A DNA stretch of 64,000 nt from an uncultured bacterium (GTDB lineage: Bacteria; UBA8481), in assembly GCA_964499705.1 (NCBI GenBank), contig CAZCME010000023.1:1-64000 (forward strand), written 5' to 3'. Below, one piece after another: positions 1-8,551 of the stretch (position 1 is the stretch's first letter; each line of letters starts with the position of its first letter). A program made the position numbers and the translations under genes. The notes under the pieces are model-generated. The model was not told the origin of the DNA. It did no database searches and saw nothing but the letters and a program-made list of their open reading frames with translations.

Positions 1-67
1 GACGGGACTCGAACCCGCAACTTCCGCCGTGACAGGGCGGTGCTCTAACCAATTGAACTACCACCCC
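1..67 (-). tRNA. tRNA-Asp (anticodon GTC), 3' end cut by the window edge
   Basis: Reverse complement reads GGGGTGGTAGTTCAATTGGTTAGAGCACCGCCCT-GTC-ACGGCGGAAGTTGCGGGTTCGAGTCCCGTC: D-loop, anticodon arm and GTTCGA T-loop are present. Confidence 0.96.
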
Positions 68-101
68 ATTTGCTTGGCAGCTCCGGATTTTTGGAAAAAA
101 A

Positions 102-130
102 ATCGTACGAGCGGGGCTTTGCGGAGTCAA
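102..130 (-). promoter_or_regulatory. Sigma70-type promoter of tRNA-Asp
   Basis: TTGACT-17 nt-TACGAT on the minus strand, ~35 nt upstream of the tRNA. Confidence 0.7.
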
Positions 131-155
131 GATCTTTCGGGAACGCGGCGCGCTC

Positions 156-1238
156 CTACCAGTCGATGTCGGCCGCCGCCTTGACCGTGTCGGAATCATA
201 AAGGCTTCCCCACTTGCCGATCCTGCCCCTCAGGTCCACATGGATCGTGAACTCCTCGGCCCGGCCGTCGCGGTGGATGTAATGATAGACGCCGATACCG
301 CCCTTCGGAATTTCTCCGGCTTTCATCATCGATTCGATCTTCCGCGCCAGGGGCAAGAGATCTTCCATGTCCCGGTCTCCGTCGCCATCGACATCGTCGT
401 GAAGCCGATCGTGTTCGGCCGTGAAAATGATGTCGCACGCGGAGCCGTACATATGCTGCGAAAATGTCGCGCGGCCTGCTGCACCGGCGTTGTTGTAATC
501 GGGTGTCCGGAAAGGAGACTCGATCCGGACTCGGCCGGGATATCCCGTGGCGCGCCAGGCGGATTCGATCTTTTCGAGCATGTTCACGAGACCGTAGTCG
601 AGGGAGAGAGGATGCGCGCGGCCTGTCCAGTTCCGCTCCGGCCGGATTTTGGACACGAAATCACGGAGCGCAAAGCCCGGCGCGATGCGGAGCGACGAGT
701 CCGTCACGATGTAAAAGCGGCTGGAGAGAGCGCGTGCGCGCGCGCGGTAACGCTCCGGCACCCCCTCGGGATACAGGCCCAGCGGATACCCGGCCAGCGG
801 CCCCTTGGTGACGATTCCGGACGTGTCGACGCGGATCGGTTCCGGGATCATCAGCCATAGCGTTGTCTCGGTCGTCGCGCGGGAACCGCTCCTGGCGATG
901 CGGAATCTCAGCTCGCGCATGGCGCCGGTGGCGCTCATCCGATAACCCCGGCCTGAGCGCGCGGCGCGGAAGAGCGGAGTGATCTTTTCGCCGGACGCGG
1001 GGACGGGCGTCACCGTGATCCGCTTGCCCGGCCACGCCAGGATCGCGTCGCCCCCAGTCAGCCTCGTGGAGTATTCCCGGTTGTCCCACGCCTGGATCCG
1101 GACATCGAAAGACGCGGCCGGAACGGACGCGGACAGAATCGATGTGGCGAGAAGAAATCCGATCAGAAGGAGTAGTACCCGGCCTTGTCGAAGGCGGCCT
1201 CCGCAAGCATCTGTGTCTCCAGAGTCAATGGAATCCAT
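156..1238 (-). CDS. Exported peptidase M15A-family (D-Ala-D-Ala carboxypeptidase-like) Zn metallopeptidase; start uncertain (overlaps upstream gene)
   Basis: Motifs [19 protein letters not shown] and IHVD; hydrophobic N-terminal signal; DVDGDGDRD Ca-binding-like loop. Confidence 0.8.
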   Translation of the reverse strand: MDSIDSGDTDACGGRLRQGRVLLLLIGFLLATSILSASVPAASFDVRIQAWDNREYSTRLTGGDAILAWPGKRITVTPVPASGEKITPLFRAARSGRGYRMSATGAMRELRFRIARSGSRATTETTLWLMIPEPIRVDTSGIVTKGPLAGYPLGLYPEGVPERYRARARALSSRFYIVTDSSLRIAPGFALRDFVSKIRPERNWTGRAHPLSLDYGLVNMLEKIESAWRATGYPGRVRIESPFRTPDYNNAGAAGRATFSQHMYGSACDIIFTAEHDRLHDDVDGDGDRDMEDLLPLARKIESMMKAGEIPKGGIGVYHYIHRDGRAEEFTIHVDLRGRIGKWGSLYDSDTVKAAADIDW

Positions 1239-3154
1239 TGGCCCCGGATCCTCGGAGGCGGAAGCGGAATGCGGGCGCGGATCCTGTATCTTCCCGATCT
1301 CAACCGAGCCAGCGATTCGCCGATGCCGATCGGCGAGGGGCGACCATAAAGCTGAAAATAATGGCCATTCGTGCTCGAGGCAAGATTTCGAAGCAGGCCT
1401 TCGTTGACGCCGCCGACATGGAGAATGAAGAGGGGAACCTGGTTGATGATGCCCATGCGCGTCAGGATCTTCGCTTCAGCGTCCGTCATTCCTTCTCCGC
1501 TCGTGATCCACACGATGCCGCGCGCGTAATCCGTCGGCGCAAGCAGTCGCATGGCGTATTCGATGCCATCGAACGATTTCAGGTCCAGAGCCGCCACCCG
1601 CGGTCCGTCCTCCAGTACCGCTCTCCGCACAAGGTCCGGAGTCACGGTGAAATCCCTCACGACGCGAAACGTATCCGTCACGGCCATGATGCAAGTCCTG
1701 TCGTCGGGCGTAAGCGCCTTGAAAAAATATTCCAGCGCGGCATTCAAGGATTCGCGATGAGGAAGAATGGCATCGCTCGATTCCATGACCGCCGCGATCC
1801 GCCGGCCCCGCAGGACCTGCGACAGGTTCTGCACCTCGATGGGAACAAGTTGAGCCCTGTCCCGAAGGATGCGGAATGAATTTCGATCGAGCGTCTCGAT
1901 GGCGATTCCATCTTTTCTCATGGCGGAGGCCGTCAGCGTAATGAGCCCGATCTCCTGCGTGTCGATACGTTCCGCTCTGGCCCTGAGAATTTCGACAAGG
2001 TGGGCGGGCGCGTCCGCCGGAAGCCTGCGCGCCATTTTCAGGGAGGCTCCATCGCCCCACCAGAGATTACCGTACACATCCTCGGCAACGCCCAGTTCCG
2101 CCGTCTGAAGCTGCCCCGATGCGGAGGAAAGCGGGCCGGCGAGATCCTCCTCCTTTTCCCTGCCGATGAACACGAGCCCGTTTCGCGCCTGGACCAGAAA
2201 GCCTCCTTCCGCGGGAGCCAGGGAGACCGGAGCTTTCAAGGAGCGATGCTCGTAATAGCGCAGGAGCCGGCCGTTGGCGTTGAAGCGGAGCACGCGGTTC
2301 TTCTGCGTCTCGACCACCAGAAGATCCCTGCCGACCCGCAGGACGGAGGAGAGCCCATCGATCTGTACCGTGCCTGACTGGGTGATGATCGTGCCGTCGC
2401 GCGCGACGCGGACAGCGCGACCCTGGCCATAATCCGAAATCCAGATTGATTGGTCCTCTCCGATGGCAACACTCCGGACACCATGGATTCCGGCGGGCGT
2501 CAGATCGATCACCGTCCCGAGCCCTGACGTGGAGGCGAACAGGACTCGATTTCCCGCCATGTCGGCGATCCAGACACCCTCTCCGTCCGCCGCCAATGCC
2601 GCCGCCATTCCGACTCCACCGACCTCCGCGACACGCTGCCCCTCCGTATTCCAGAAGATGATGCTGCCCGCGGAGGGCACCGCTGTGGCGATCAGGCCGT
2701 TCCCGGTCACCGCGACCGCCGACACTCCGATGTTCTGCGCAAAGTGAACGGTCATCCTTTCCCATTTGCCGATGCCCGGATCCTGCCGCGTGCGCCCCGC
2801 GGCCAGCGCGCGTATGCGCTCCAGATCGCTTTCCACCGACGAGCGAATCGAGGAATCCATCGCAGCCACCTGGAAATTTTCCGCCGCTTCTTCCCAGCGT
2901 CCCAGGTGAGCCAGCACTCGGGCATTCAAACGCCGATGAAATGTTTCCTCGGGAAGCCGGGGAAGGGCTCCGTCATAGAGCAAATGCGCGCTCTGATAAT
3001 CCATCTCGAAGAGCTCCTGCGCGGCGAAGATGGAATCGTCCTGCGCGATGATCACTTCCGGGGGAGGAATGACGATTCGCGGACGACGGACGGCTGAAAA
3101 TGCGACGGCGGCCAGCATCGTCAGGATGGACAGGGCGAGAGCGAGACGTTTCAC
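1163..3154 (-). CDS. Secreted TPR + NHL/beta-propeller + VWA-like domain protein
   Basis: Signal peptide MKRLALALSIL; TPR-like helix (ARVLAHLGRWEEAAENF); NHL-like repeats (VWIADMAGNRV, IWISDYGQGR, VVETQKNRV); degenerate VWA C-terminus (LASSTNGHYF). Confidence 0.7.
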   Translation of the reverse strand: MKRLALALSILTMLAAVAFSAVRRPRIVIPPPEVIIAQDDSIFAAQELFEMDYQSAHLLYDGALPRLPEETFHRRLNARVLAHLGRWEEAAENFQVAAMDSSIRSSVESDLERIRALAAGRTRQDPGIGKWERMTVHFAQNIGVSAVAVTGNGLIATAVPSAGSIIFWNTEGQRVAEVGGVGMAAALAADGEGVWIADMAGNRVLFASTSGLGTVIDLTPAGIHGVRSVAIGEDQSIWISDYGQGRAVRVARDGTIITQSGTVQIDGLSSVLRVGRDLLVVETQKNRVLRFNANGRLLRYYEHRSLKAPVSLAPAEGGFLVQARNGLVFIGREKEEDLAGPLSSASGQLQTAELGVAEDVYGNLWWGDGASLKMARRLPADAPAHLVEILRARAERIDTQEIGLITLTASAMRKDGIAIETLDRNSFRILRDRAQLVPIEVQNLSQVLRGRRIAAVMESSDAILPHRESLNAALEYFFKALTPDDRTCIMAVTDTFRVVRDFTVTPDLVRRAVLEDGPRVAALDLKSFDGIEYAMRLLAPTDYARGIVWITSGEGMTDAEAKILTRMGIINQVPLFILHVGGVNEGLLRNLASSTNGHYFQLYGRPSPIGIGESLARLRSGRYRIRARIPLPPPRIRGQWIPLTLETQMLAEAAFDKAGYYSF

Positions 3155-3275
3155 ACCGAAAGTATCGGCCGATTCGCGCAGATTCTGAAGGAAAGGAAAG
3201 GAAAGTTGAGGCGATCAATCAACTTGCTCAAACCTGTGCAATCGCGGGATAATACGATCCTTCGCGCAAGGCAAC

Positions 3276-3349
3276 GCGCCTGTAGCTCAACTGGATAGAG
3301 CACCAGCCTTCGAAGCTGGGGGTTGGGGGTTCGATTCCCTCCGGGCGCA
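3276..3349 (+). tRNA. tRNA-Arg (anticodon TCG), CCA not encoded
   Basis: GCGCCTGTAGCTCAACTGGATAGAGCA-CCAGC-CT-TCG-AA-GCTGG-GGGTTGGGGGTTCGATTCCCTCCGGGCGCA folds into a full cloverleaf. Confidence 0.95.
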
Positions 3350-3381
3350 GTGAGCGAAGGGTCGCAGACCCGAAGCGAACA

Positions 3382-3401
3382 GCGCCCGGGGAGAATCGAA
3401 C
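3382..3401 (-). repeat. Inverted copy of the tRNA-Arg 3' end (T-arm and acceptor strand)
   Basis: Reverse complement GTTCGATTCTCCCCGGGCGC matches tRNA 3329-3348 GTTCGATTCCCTCCGGGCGC at 18/20. Confidence 0.8.
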
Positions 3402-3455
3402 GAGTGAACTTGTTTCCCGAAGCCGAGCCGCAGCACGGCCCGACATTCCTGAAGA

Positions 3456-4121
3456 TTACTGAAATTCGATCGTGTCGATGTAGTAGGTGCCGGTCTTGAC
3501 CGGACAGGTCTGCTCGTCGAAGACGATCGCCAGCTCGGAGAGGGGCTTGAATTCCATGAGGCCGGCGAACGATGTCAGGGGTATTTCGATTTTCCTGTAT
3601 TCCTTCGTCACGCCCTTGATGACATGCCTCCCTGTCTTCTGCGCGGCCCCTTCGCCCGTTTTCAGCTCCAGGATGAAATCCGGGGAGAAGTCCCCTTCAC
3701 CCTTGACGGAGATCACGAAATTCTTCGCGGAGGATGCGTCGAGATTCGCGAGCTTCATATAGGCGCCCGAAAAGGAACCCGGGGGAGTGATGTCGTACGT
3801 GATCTTCCAGGCGCCTGTCTTGTCTGCGCCCGCGCCCGCGACCACTTCTTCGCTCGATTTCGCCTCGTGCTGCCATGCTCCGAATTCGCCGCCCAACGCG
3901 TTCTTCCGGTCCCCTGTCGCGAAATCCGCGACGACGACGGCGGGACGCTCGGGCTCCGGCGCGGGAGCGGCCTTCTCTTCCGCGACCGGCGCCGTCGACT
4001 GGATCGGCGGAGGCACCTCCGCCGGCTTGGATCCGCCGCAGGCCGACACCACCAAGACCGCCGAGACCGCCGAGACTGTTGCCACGACCGCCCTACCCCG
4101 CATCATCCTGTTCATCATCAC
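3456..4121 (-). CDS. Lipoprotein with Pro/Ala linker and CBM11/CIA30-like carbohydrate-binding domain
   Basis: Lipobox VSAC; PAEVPPP linker; domain VADF..N.LGG.FG...GTYYIDTIEF; paralog of 7937-8551; GGAGG RBS. Confidence 0.75.
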   Translation of the reverse strand: MMMNRMMRGRAVVATVSAVSAVLVVSACGGSKPAEVPPPIQSTAPVAEEKAAPAPEPERPAVVVADFATGDRKNALGGEFGAWQHEAKSSEEVVAGAGADKTGAWKITYDITPPGSFSGAYMKLANLDASSAKNFVISVKGEGDFSPDFILELKTGEGAAQKTGRHVIKGVTKEYRKIEIPLTSFAGLMEFKPLSELAIVFDEQTCPVKTGTYYIDTIEFQ

Positions 4122-4170
4122 GAGAGCCTCCCGATTTTCTATACCGCCGCGGCGGTTTTACACGGACGGA

Positions 4171-4198
4171 ATCGTATCATCCCGGAGAATCGCGTCAA
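4171..4198 (-). promoter_or_regulatory. Sigma70-type promoter of the CBM11-like lipoprotein gene
   Basis: TTGACG-16 nt-TACGAT with TG extension on the minus strand. Confidence 0.6.
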
Positions 4199-4211
4199 CG
4201 TAATTAAGTAA

Positions 4212-4225
4212 TGTAATCGGTTACA
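4212..4225. promoter_or_regulatory. LacI-family (cre-like) operator 1
   Basis: TGTAATCGGTTACA matches the LacI/CcpA pattern TGWAANCGNTNWCA. Confidence 0.75.
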
Positions 4226-4328
4226 TGTGCCCTATACGCCATAACAGCCGGTCATGATACGTTTTCAACCGTATCATCACGGACCGGTTTTCTCCGCGCG
4301 GACCGTTCCATGGCCGGGCGGATACACA

Positions 4329-4342
4329 TGCAACCGCTTTCA
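4329..4342. promoter_or_regulatory. LacI-family (cre-like) operator 2
   Basis: TGCAACCGCTTTCA; its reverse complement TGAAAGCGGTTGCA differs by 1 nt from operator 3. Confidence 0.7.
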
Positions 4343-4448
4343 TCCGGATGGTCGGGCGGACCAGGCGGGCTGAGCCCGGAATCTCCCCGGCCTGTCCCGC
4401 CGATTATTCTTGACGCGGGAATTCGAATGGTTTTTTATTGAGCACCGA

Positions 4449-4462
4449 TGAAAGCGGTTACA
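4449..4462. promoter_or_regulatory. LacI-family (cre-like) operator 3
   Basis: TGAAAGCGGTTACA, just downstream of TTGACG-17-TTTTAT (4410-4438) and upstream of the LacI gene. Confidence 0.75.
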
Positions 4463-4487
4463 GCTCTGGGAAAAGATAGGAGACAGC

Positions 4488-5522
4488 ATGAAGAGGGCGA
4501 GGCGCGAACGATCGAAGCGGTGCAGCATCTACGATGTCGCGCGGCATGCCGGCGTGTCTGTCGCGACAGTCTCCCGGTTCACGGTCGGTTTTCCCGGAAT
4601 CTCCCGGCCGACGCGGGCGAAGATCAAGGCGAGCATCGAGGAGCTCGGTTTTCGTCCCAATCCGCTCGCGCGGTCGCTCGCGTCGCGCTACAAGAAATCC
4701 ATCGGCCTCATCGTCTCCGCCGGCACCCGCGCCTACTCCGATCTCTTCCTCGCTGAAATTCTCCAGGGCGTGGCCGCCGGCGCCGCTCACCTGGGGTGGA
4801 CCGTGCATCTCACGATGTTGAACGGCGCGATCGAGCCCCGGTTCATCCTGGAGCGGCACGCCGATCTTGTGGACGGGTCCCTTATACTCGACGTCGCGCT
4901 GGAGCTTCCCGATGTGGCCGCCCTCGCCGCGTCGCCGCATCGTTGCGTGCTCATCAACCACCGCCATAAGTCGCTTCCGTTCGTCGCGATCGACAACTTC
5001 CTGGGCGGAAAAATCGCCGCCCGCCATCTCGTTTCTCTCGGCCACACGCGGATCGCCTGCATCGGCGGAAACCGCGAGAGCGGCTCCGACAGGATCGCGG
5101 GTTACAAGGAGGGCCTGAAATCCTCCGGGCTCCGGCCGGTCGCGGTCCTCGACTGCGAATTCGACCAGAAGCTCGCGCGGCGCGCGGCCCACAAGCTGCT
5201 TTCCTCCCCGCACCCGCCAACGGCTCTTCTCGTCGCTTCCGACTGGATGGCGTGCGGAGTCCTCGCGGAAGCCTCCACTATGGGACTTGAAGTTCCCCGC
5301 GATGTCTCCGTTCTCTCCTTCGACGACGCGATTATCGCGGAAACCACATGGCCGCCGCTCTCCACCATAAGGCAACCCCTCTCGGAAATGGGCCGGATCG
5401 CCTTCGACATGTTCCATGAATCACTCGATGCCGAATCCAGGAAGCGCGCCCCCGTCCGGAAGCTGCTGCAGCCGGAACTCGTGGAGCGGAAAACCACGGC
5501 GCCGCCGACGAAGGATCTGTGA
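4488..5522 (+). CDS. LacI/GalR-family transcriptional regulator
   Basis: HTH SIYDVARHAGVSVATVSR; hinge FRPNPLARSL; C-terminal VPRDVSVLSFDD...PPLSTIRQP. Confidence 0.97.
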   Translation: MKRARRERSKRCSIYDVARHAGVSVATVSRFTVGFPGISRPTRAKIKASIEELGFRPNPLARSLASRYKKSIGLIVSAGTRAYSDLFLAEILQGVAAGAAHLGWTVHLTMLNGAIEPRFILERHADLVDGSLILDVALELPDVAALAASPHRCVLINHRHKSLPFVAIDNFLGGKIAARHLVSLGHTRIACIGGNRESGSDRIAGYKEGLKSSGLRPVAVLDCEFDQKLARRAAHKLLSSPHPPTALLVASDWMACGVLAEASTMGLEVPRDVSVLSFDDAIIAETTWPPLSTIRQPLSEMGRIAFDMFHESLDAESRKRAPVRKLLQPELVERKTTAPPTKDL

Positions 5523-7927
5523 TGGAACCGCTCGCCAAGGTGCCCGAACCCTATCCCCAGGGACGCTTCTCCTCGGATGGCCGCTCCTTCGAGATCACCG
5601 ACATCCACGCTCTCAAGGCGCCCTGGTCGAATGTCCTCTCGAACGGGAAATTCGGGAGCGTCTGGACGGAGCGTGGAGGAGCCTTCTGCTGGTGCGGGAA
5701 TTCCGTTCTCGACCGGCTGACGCGCTGGGACCAGGATCTCGTCCTCAATCCCGCGCGCCGCTTCGTCTTCCTCGCCGATGAAAACGGCATCGTCCGCACG
5801 CTCACTCCTCTCCCCGCCGGCCGCAATGCCTCCTGGAAGGTGACACACGGTCCCGGCTGGACGTGCTACACGGGCACCTGCGACCGGTTCATCACGAAGT
5901 TCACCGCCGTCGTCCACCCGTGGTTCGACGCCGAATCCTGGTTCGTGGAGGTCGATCGCCTGGGGAGAGATCGCGACTGGCTGCGCCTCTATTCCGTCCA
6001 GGATGTCCTGATGGGGACCTGGCCCGACGCGCACCGGGAATTTCACAAGCTCTTCATCGAGAGCCGGATTCTCGATCTTCCGCTCATGAAGCGCCGCGCT
6101 CTCGCCTTCACGAAAAAACTCGACACGCGACCGGGTCAGGAAGAACACTGGAATACTCCTTTTCCCGGCATATTGACGCACGCGACGACAGGCGACGTCC
6201 GCGGCTTCGAAACGGACAGGCTCCGCTTCCACGGCTATGGCGGCTCCATGGAGCGCCCCGATGCGCTCCTCAACCCGGCCCGCGAAGGGCTCCTGGGGTG
6301 CTGGGGCGATGCGATGGCCGGTCTCGACGTCCGCCTCGATCCCACGCAGCGCGAGGTCACGTTCGTCACCGCATACTCCCCCAACGAGAACAGCGCGGTC
6401 GAGACGCTCGAAAAGGCGCTCGCCGTGACGCGGGGCGATGCGATCCGGAACGCGGAGCAGTTCTGGAACGACCAGGTCGGTCCGGTCATGGCGGAGACTC
6501 CTTCGCCGGAGCTCGATGTCATGGCCTCGCACTGGCTCCGGTACCAGACGATCTCCGGCCGCATCTATGCGCGGTGCGGATTGTACCAGGCATCCGGCGC
6601 CTACGGTTTCCGCGATCAGCTCCAGGATTCGCTCCATTTTCTCGCCTACGCCCCCGAACGCGCGCACGCCCAGTTGAAGCTCCATCTCCACCAGCAGTTC
6701 CGCAACGGCGAGGTTCTGCACTGGTGGCATCCCGAGACCGGCACGGGTCCACGCACGAAATGCTCCGACGATTTTCTCTGGCCCATCATGGCCGCCGCGG
6801 AACTGCACCGCGAAACGGGCAGCGCGCGTTTTCTCTCCGAGCGCGTTCCCTATCGCGACGGCGCGAAGAAATCCATCTGGGATCATCTCTGCCGATCCAT
6901 CGACCTCGCATGGGAACGCCGCTCGCCGCGAGGCCTGCCGCTTCTGGGGGAATGCGACTGGAATGACGGGCTTTCCTCCGCCGGCGACAAGGGACGCGGG
7001 GAGTCGGTGTGGGTCGGCCATTTTCTCCACCTGCTTCTTCTCGAGATGGCGCGCCTGGCCGAGGCTCACGAGAAGGACGGCGCGGAATTCATGGCGCGCG
7101 CGGACGAGCTTCGCGCCGCGGTGAACGAATTCGGCTGGGACGGCTCCTGGTACATGCAGGGCACGACCGACGAAGGCAATCCCATCGGCTCCGCGAAATG
7201 TTCCGAGGGCAGGATCCATCTGAACGCGCAGACGTGGAGCGTCATCGGGCGGACCGCGACGACGGATGCCGCCCGCGCGCTCTTCTCCGATCGCGCCTCG
7301 CAGGCGATGAGCGCCGTCAAGGATCAGCTCGTCGTCGACTGGGGCGTTCTCCTTCTGTCCCCCGCGTACAAGACTCCGGACCGGCAGCTCGGATACATCA
7401 CGCGCTATGCGCCGGGCGCCCGGGAAAACGGCGGCGTGTACACGCACGGAGCCGTCTGGACGGCGCGCGCCGCGCGGATCCTGAAGGACCGCGAGCTCCT
7501 CTCGCGCGTCGTCTTCTCGCTCCTTCCGTCGATGCGCGGCAGGGATCCGCGATATCGAGCCGAACCCTATGTCACACCCGGCAACATCGACGGCCTGACG
7601 ACGCCGACGCCGGGCAAGGGCGGATGGACGTGGTACACCGGTTCGTCCGCCTGGCTTGTCCGGATCATCTTCGAGGATCTCCTCGGGATCCGTTCCTCCG
7701 TCGGCGGGATGACGATCGACCCGCTCGTCCCGACCGGGTGGACCGGCTTCAAGGCGACCCGTCCGTTCCGCGGCAGGCTCCTCAGGATCGAAGCGCGCCG
7801 CGGATCCTCCGCCGGCATCACGATCGGGACAGGCGCGAAGAAAAGGGAGATTGCCGGCTCGTTCATTCCGGAAATGGAACTCTCCGATTCGAAGAAGGAG
7901 CTGAACATCTTCGTCGAATATGAGTGA
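5519..7927 (+). CDS. GH94 glycoside phosphorylase (cellobiose/beta-1,2-oligoglucan phosphorylase, NdvB-like)
   Basis: PWSNVLSNG, YQASGAYGFRDQLQD, DWNDG, ENGGVYTHG, WTWYTGSSAW motifs. Confidence 0.92.
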   Translation: MMEPLAKVPEPYPQGRFSSDGRSFEITDIHALKAPWSNVLSNGKFGSVWTERGGAFCWCGNSVLDRLTRWDQDLVLNPARRFVFLADENGIVRTLTPLPAGRNASWKVTHGPGWTCYTGTCDRFITKFTAVVHPWFDAESWFVEVDRLGRDRDWLRLYSVQDVLMGTWPDAHREFHKLFIESRILDLPLMKRRALAFTKKLDTRPGQEEHWNTPFPGILTHATTGDVRGFETDRLRFHGYGGSMERPDALLNPAREGLLGCWGDAMAGLDVRLDPTQREVTFVTAYSPNENSAVETLEKALAVTRGDAIRNAEQFWNDQVGPVMAETPSPELDVMASHWLRYQTISGRIYARCGLYQASGAYGFRDQLQDSLHFLAYAPERAHAQLKLHLHQQFRNGEVLHWWHPETGTGPRTKCSDDFLWPIMAAAELHRETGSARFLSERVPYRDGAKKSIWDHLCRSIDLAWERRSPRGLPLLGECDWNDGLSSAGDKGRGESVWVGHFLHLLLLEMARLAEAHEKDGAEFMARADELRAAVNEFGWDGSWYMQGTTDEGNPIGSAKCSEGRIHLNAQTWSVIGRTATTDAARALFSDRASQAMSAVKDQLVVDWGVLLLSPAYKTPDRQLGYITRYAPGARENGGVYTHGAVWTARAARILKDRELLSRVVFSLLPSMRGRDPRYRAEPYVTPGNIDGLTTPTPGKGGWTWYTGSSAWLVRIIFEDLLGIRSSVGGMTIDPLVPTGWTGFKATRPFRGRLLRIEARRGSSAGITIGTGAKKREIAGSFIPEMELSDSKKELNIFVEYE

Positions 7928-7935
7928 GGGAACAG

Positions 7936-8016
7936 TATGAAGGATGAAGTTCCACCGTCTCCGTCGACGAGAACGATCGTGTACTTCATCCTTCATATTT
8001 CATCCTTCATCCTTTT
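7936..8016. repeat. Perfect 15-bp inverted repeat built from ATGAAGG/TTCATCC heptamers
   Basis: TATGAAGGATGAAGT (7936-7950) pairs with ACTTCATCCTTCATA (7983-7997), followed by further TTCATCC units. Confidence 0.85.
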
Positions 8017-8551
8017 CCTCTCGTCCTGCGCGAAGCAGGTCGAACCGAGGATTCTCGCGGACTTCAACTCGGGACAGCAGCCGAACAATGTCGGCGGATC
8101 GTACGGGCCGTTCATGCCGAACGCGGAAGACCCGGAGCAATACTGCAGGGTGCAGTATTCCCTGGAGCAGCGTTCCGGCGACACCGGATACGCGCTGAGG
8201 CTGGACTACGACATCGAGGACACCAAGCCCGCATTCAACGGCTTCTGGATGAAGCTCCAGAATCTCGACGCCTCCGCCTTCAACACGCTTTCGCTCCGCG
8301 TAAACGGCGACAGGAGCGGCTGCACGAGCCGGGTGATGCTGGAATTGAAGAACGCCCGGGAAAAGAGCGGGGTGATGGTCAAGGATATTTCCAGCACGCC
8401 GCGCGAATATCGCATCGCGCTCTCCGAATTCAAGGACCTTACCACCCTGAACGGCCTGACGGAATTCGTGATCATCTTCGACGACATAAACGCGACGCGC
8501 AAGATCGGGACGCTGTATGTCGATGACATCATGCTGATGGCCGCTCCCTGA
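7937..8551 (+). CDS. Lipoprotein with CBM11/CIA30-like carbohydrate-binding domain
   Basis: Lipobox LSSC; ILADFNSG..NNVGG, LRLDYDI, GTLYVDDI; paralog of 3456-4121. Confidence 0.75.
   Translation: MKDEVPPSPSTRTIVYFILHISSFILFLSSCAKQVEPRILADFNSGQQPNNVGGSYGPFMPNAEDPEQYCRVQYSLEQRSGDTGYALRLDYDIEDTKPAFNGFWMKLQNLDASAFNTLSLRVNGDRSGCTSRVMLELKNAREKSGVMVKDISSTPREYRIALSEFKDLTTLNGLTEFVIIFDDINATRKIGTLYVDDIMLMAAP

Noticed and set aside
5102-7996. 964-aa antisense ORF
   Set aside because: Shadow of the GH94 gene caused by GC-rich codon bias; no motifs.
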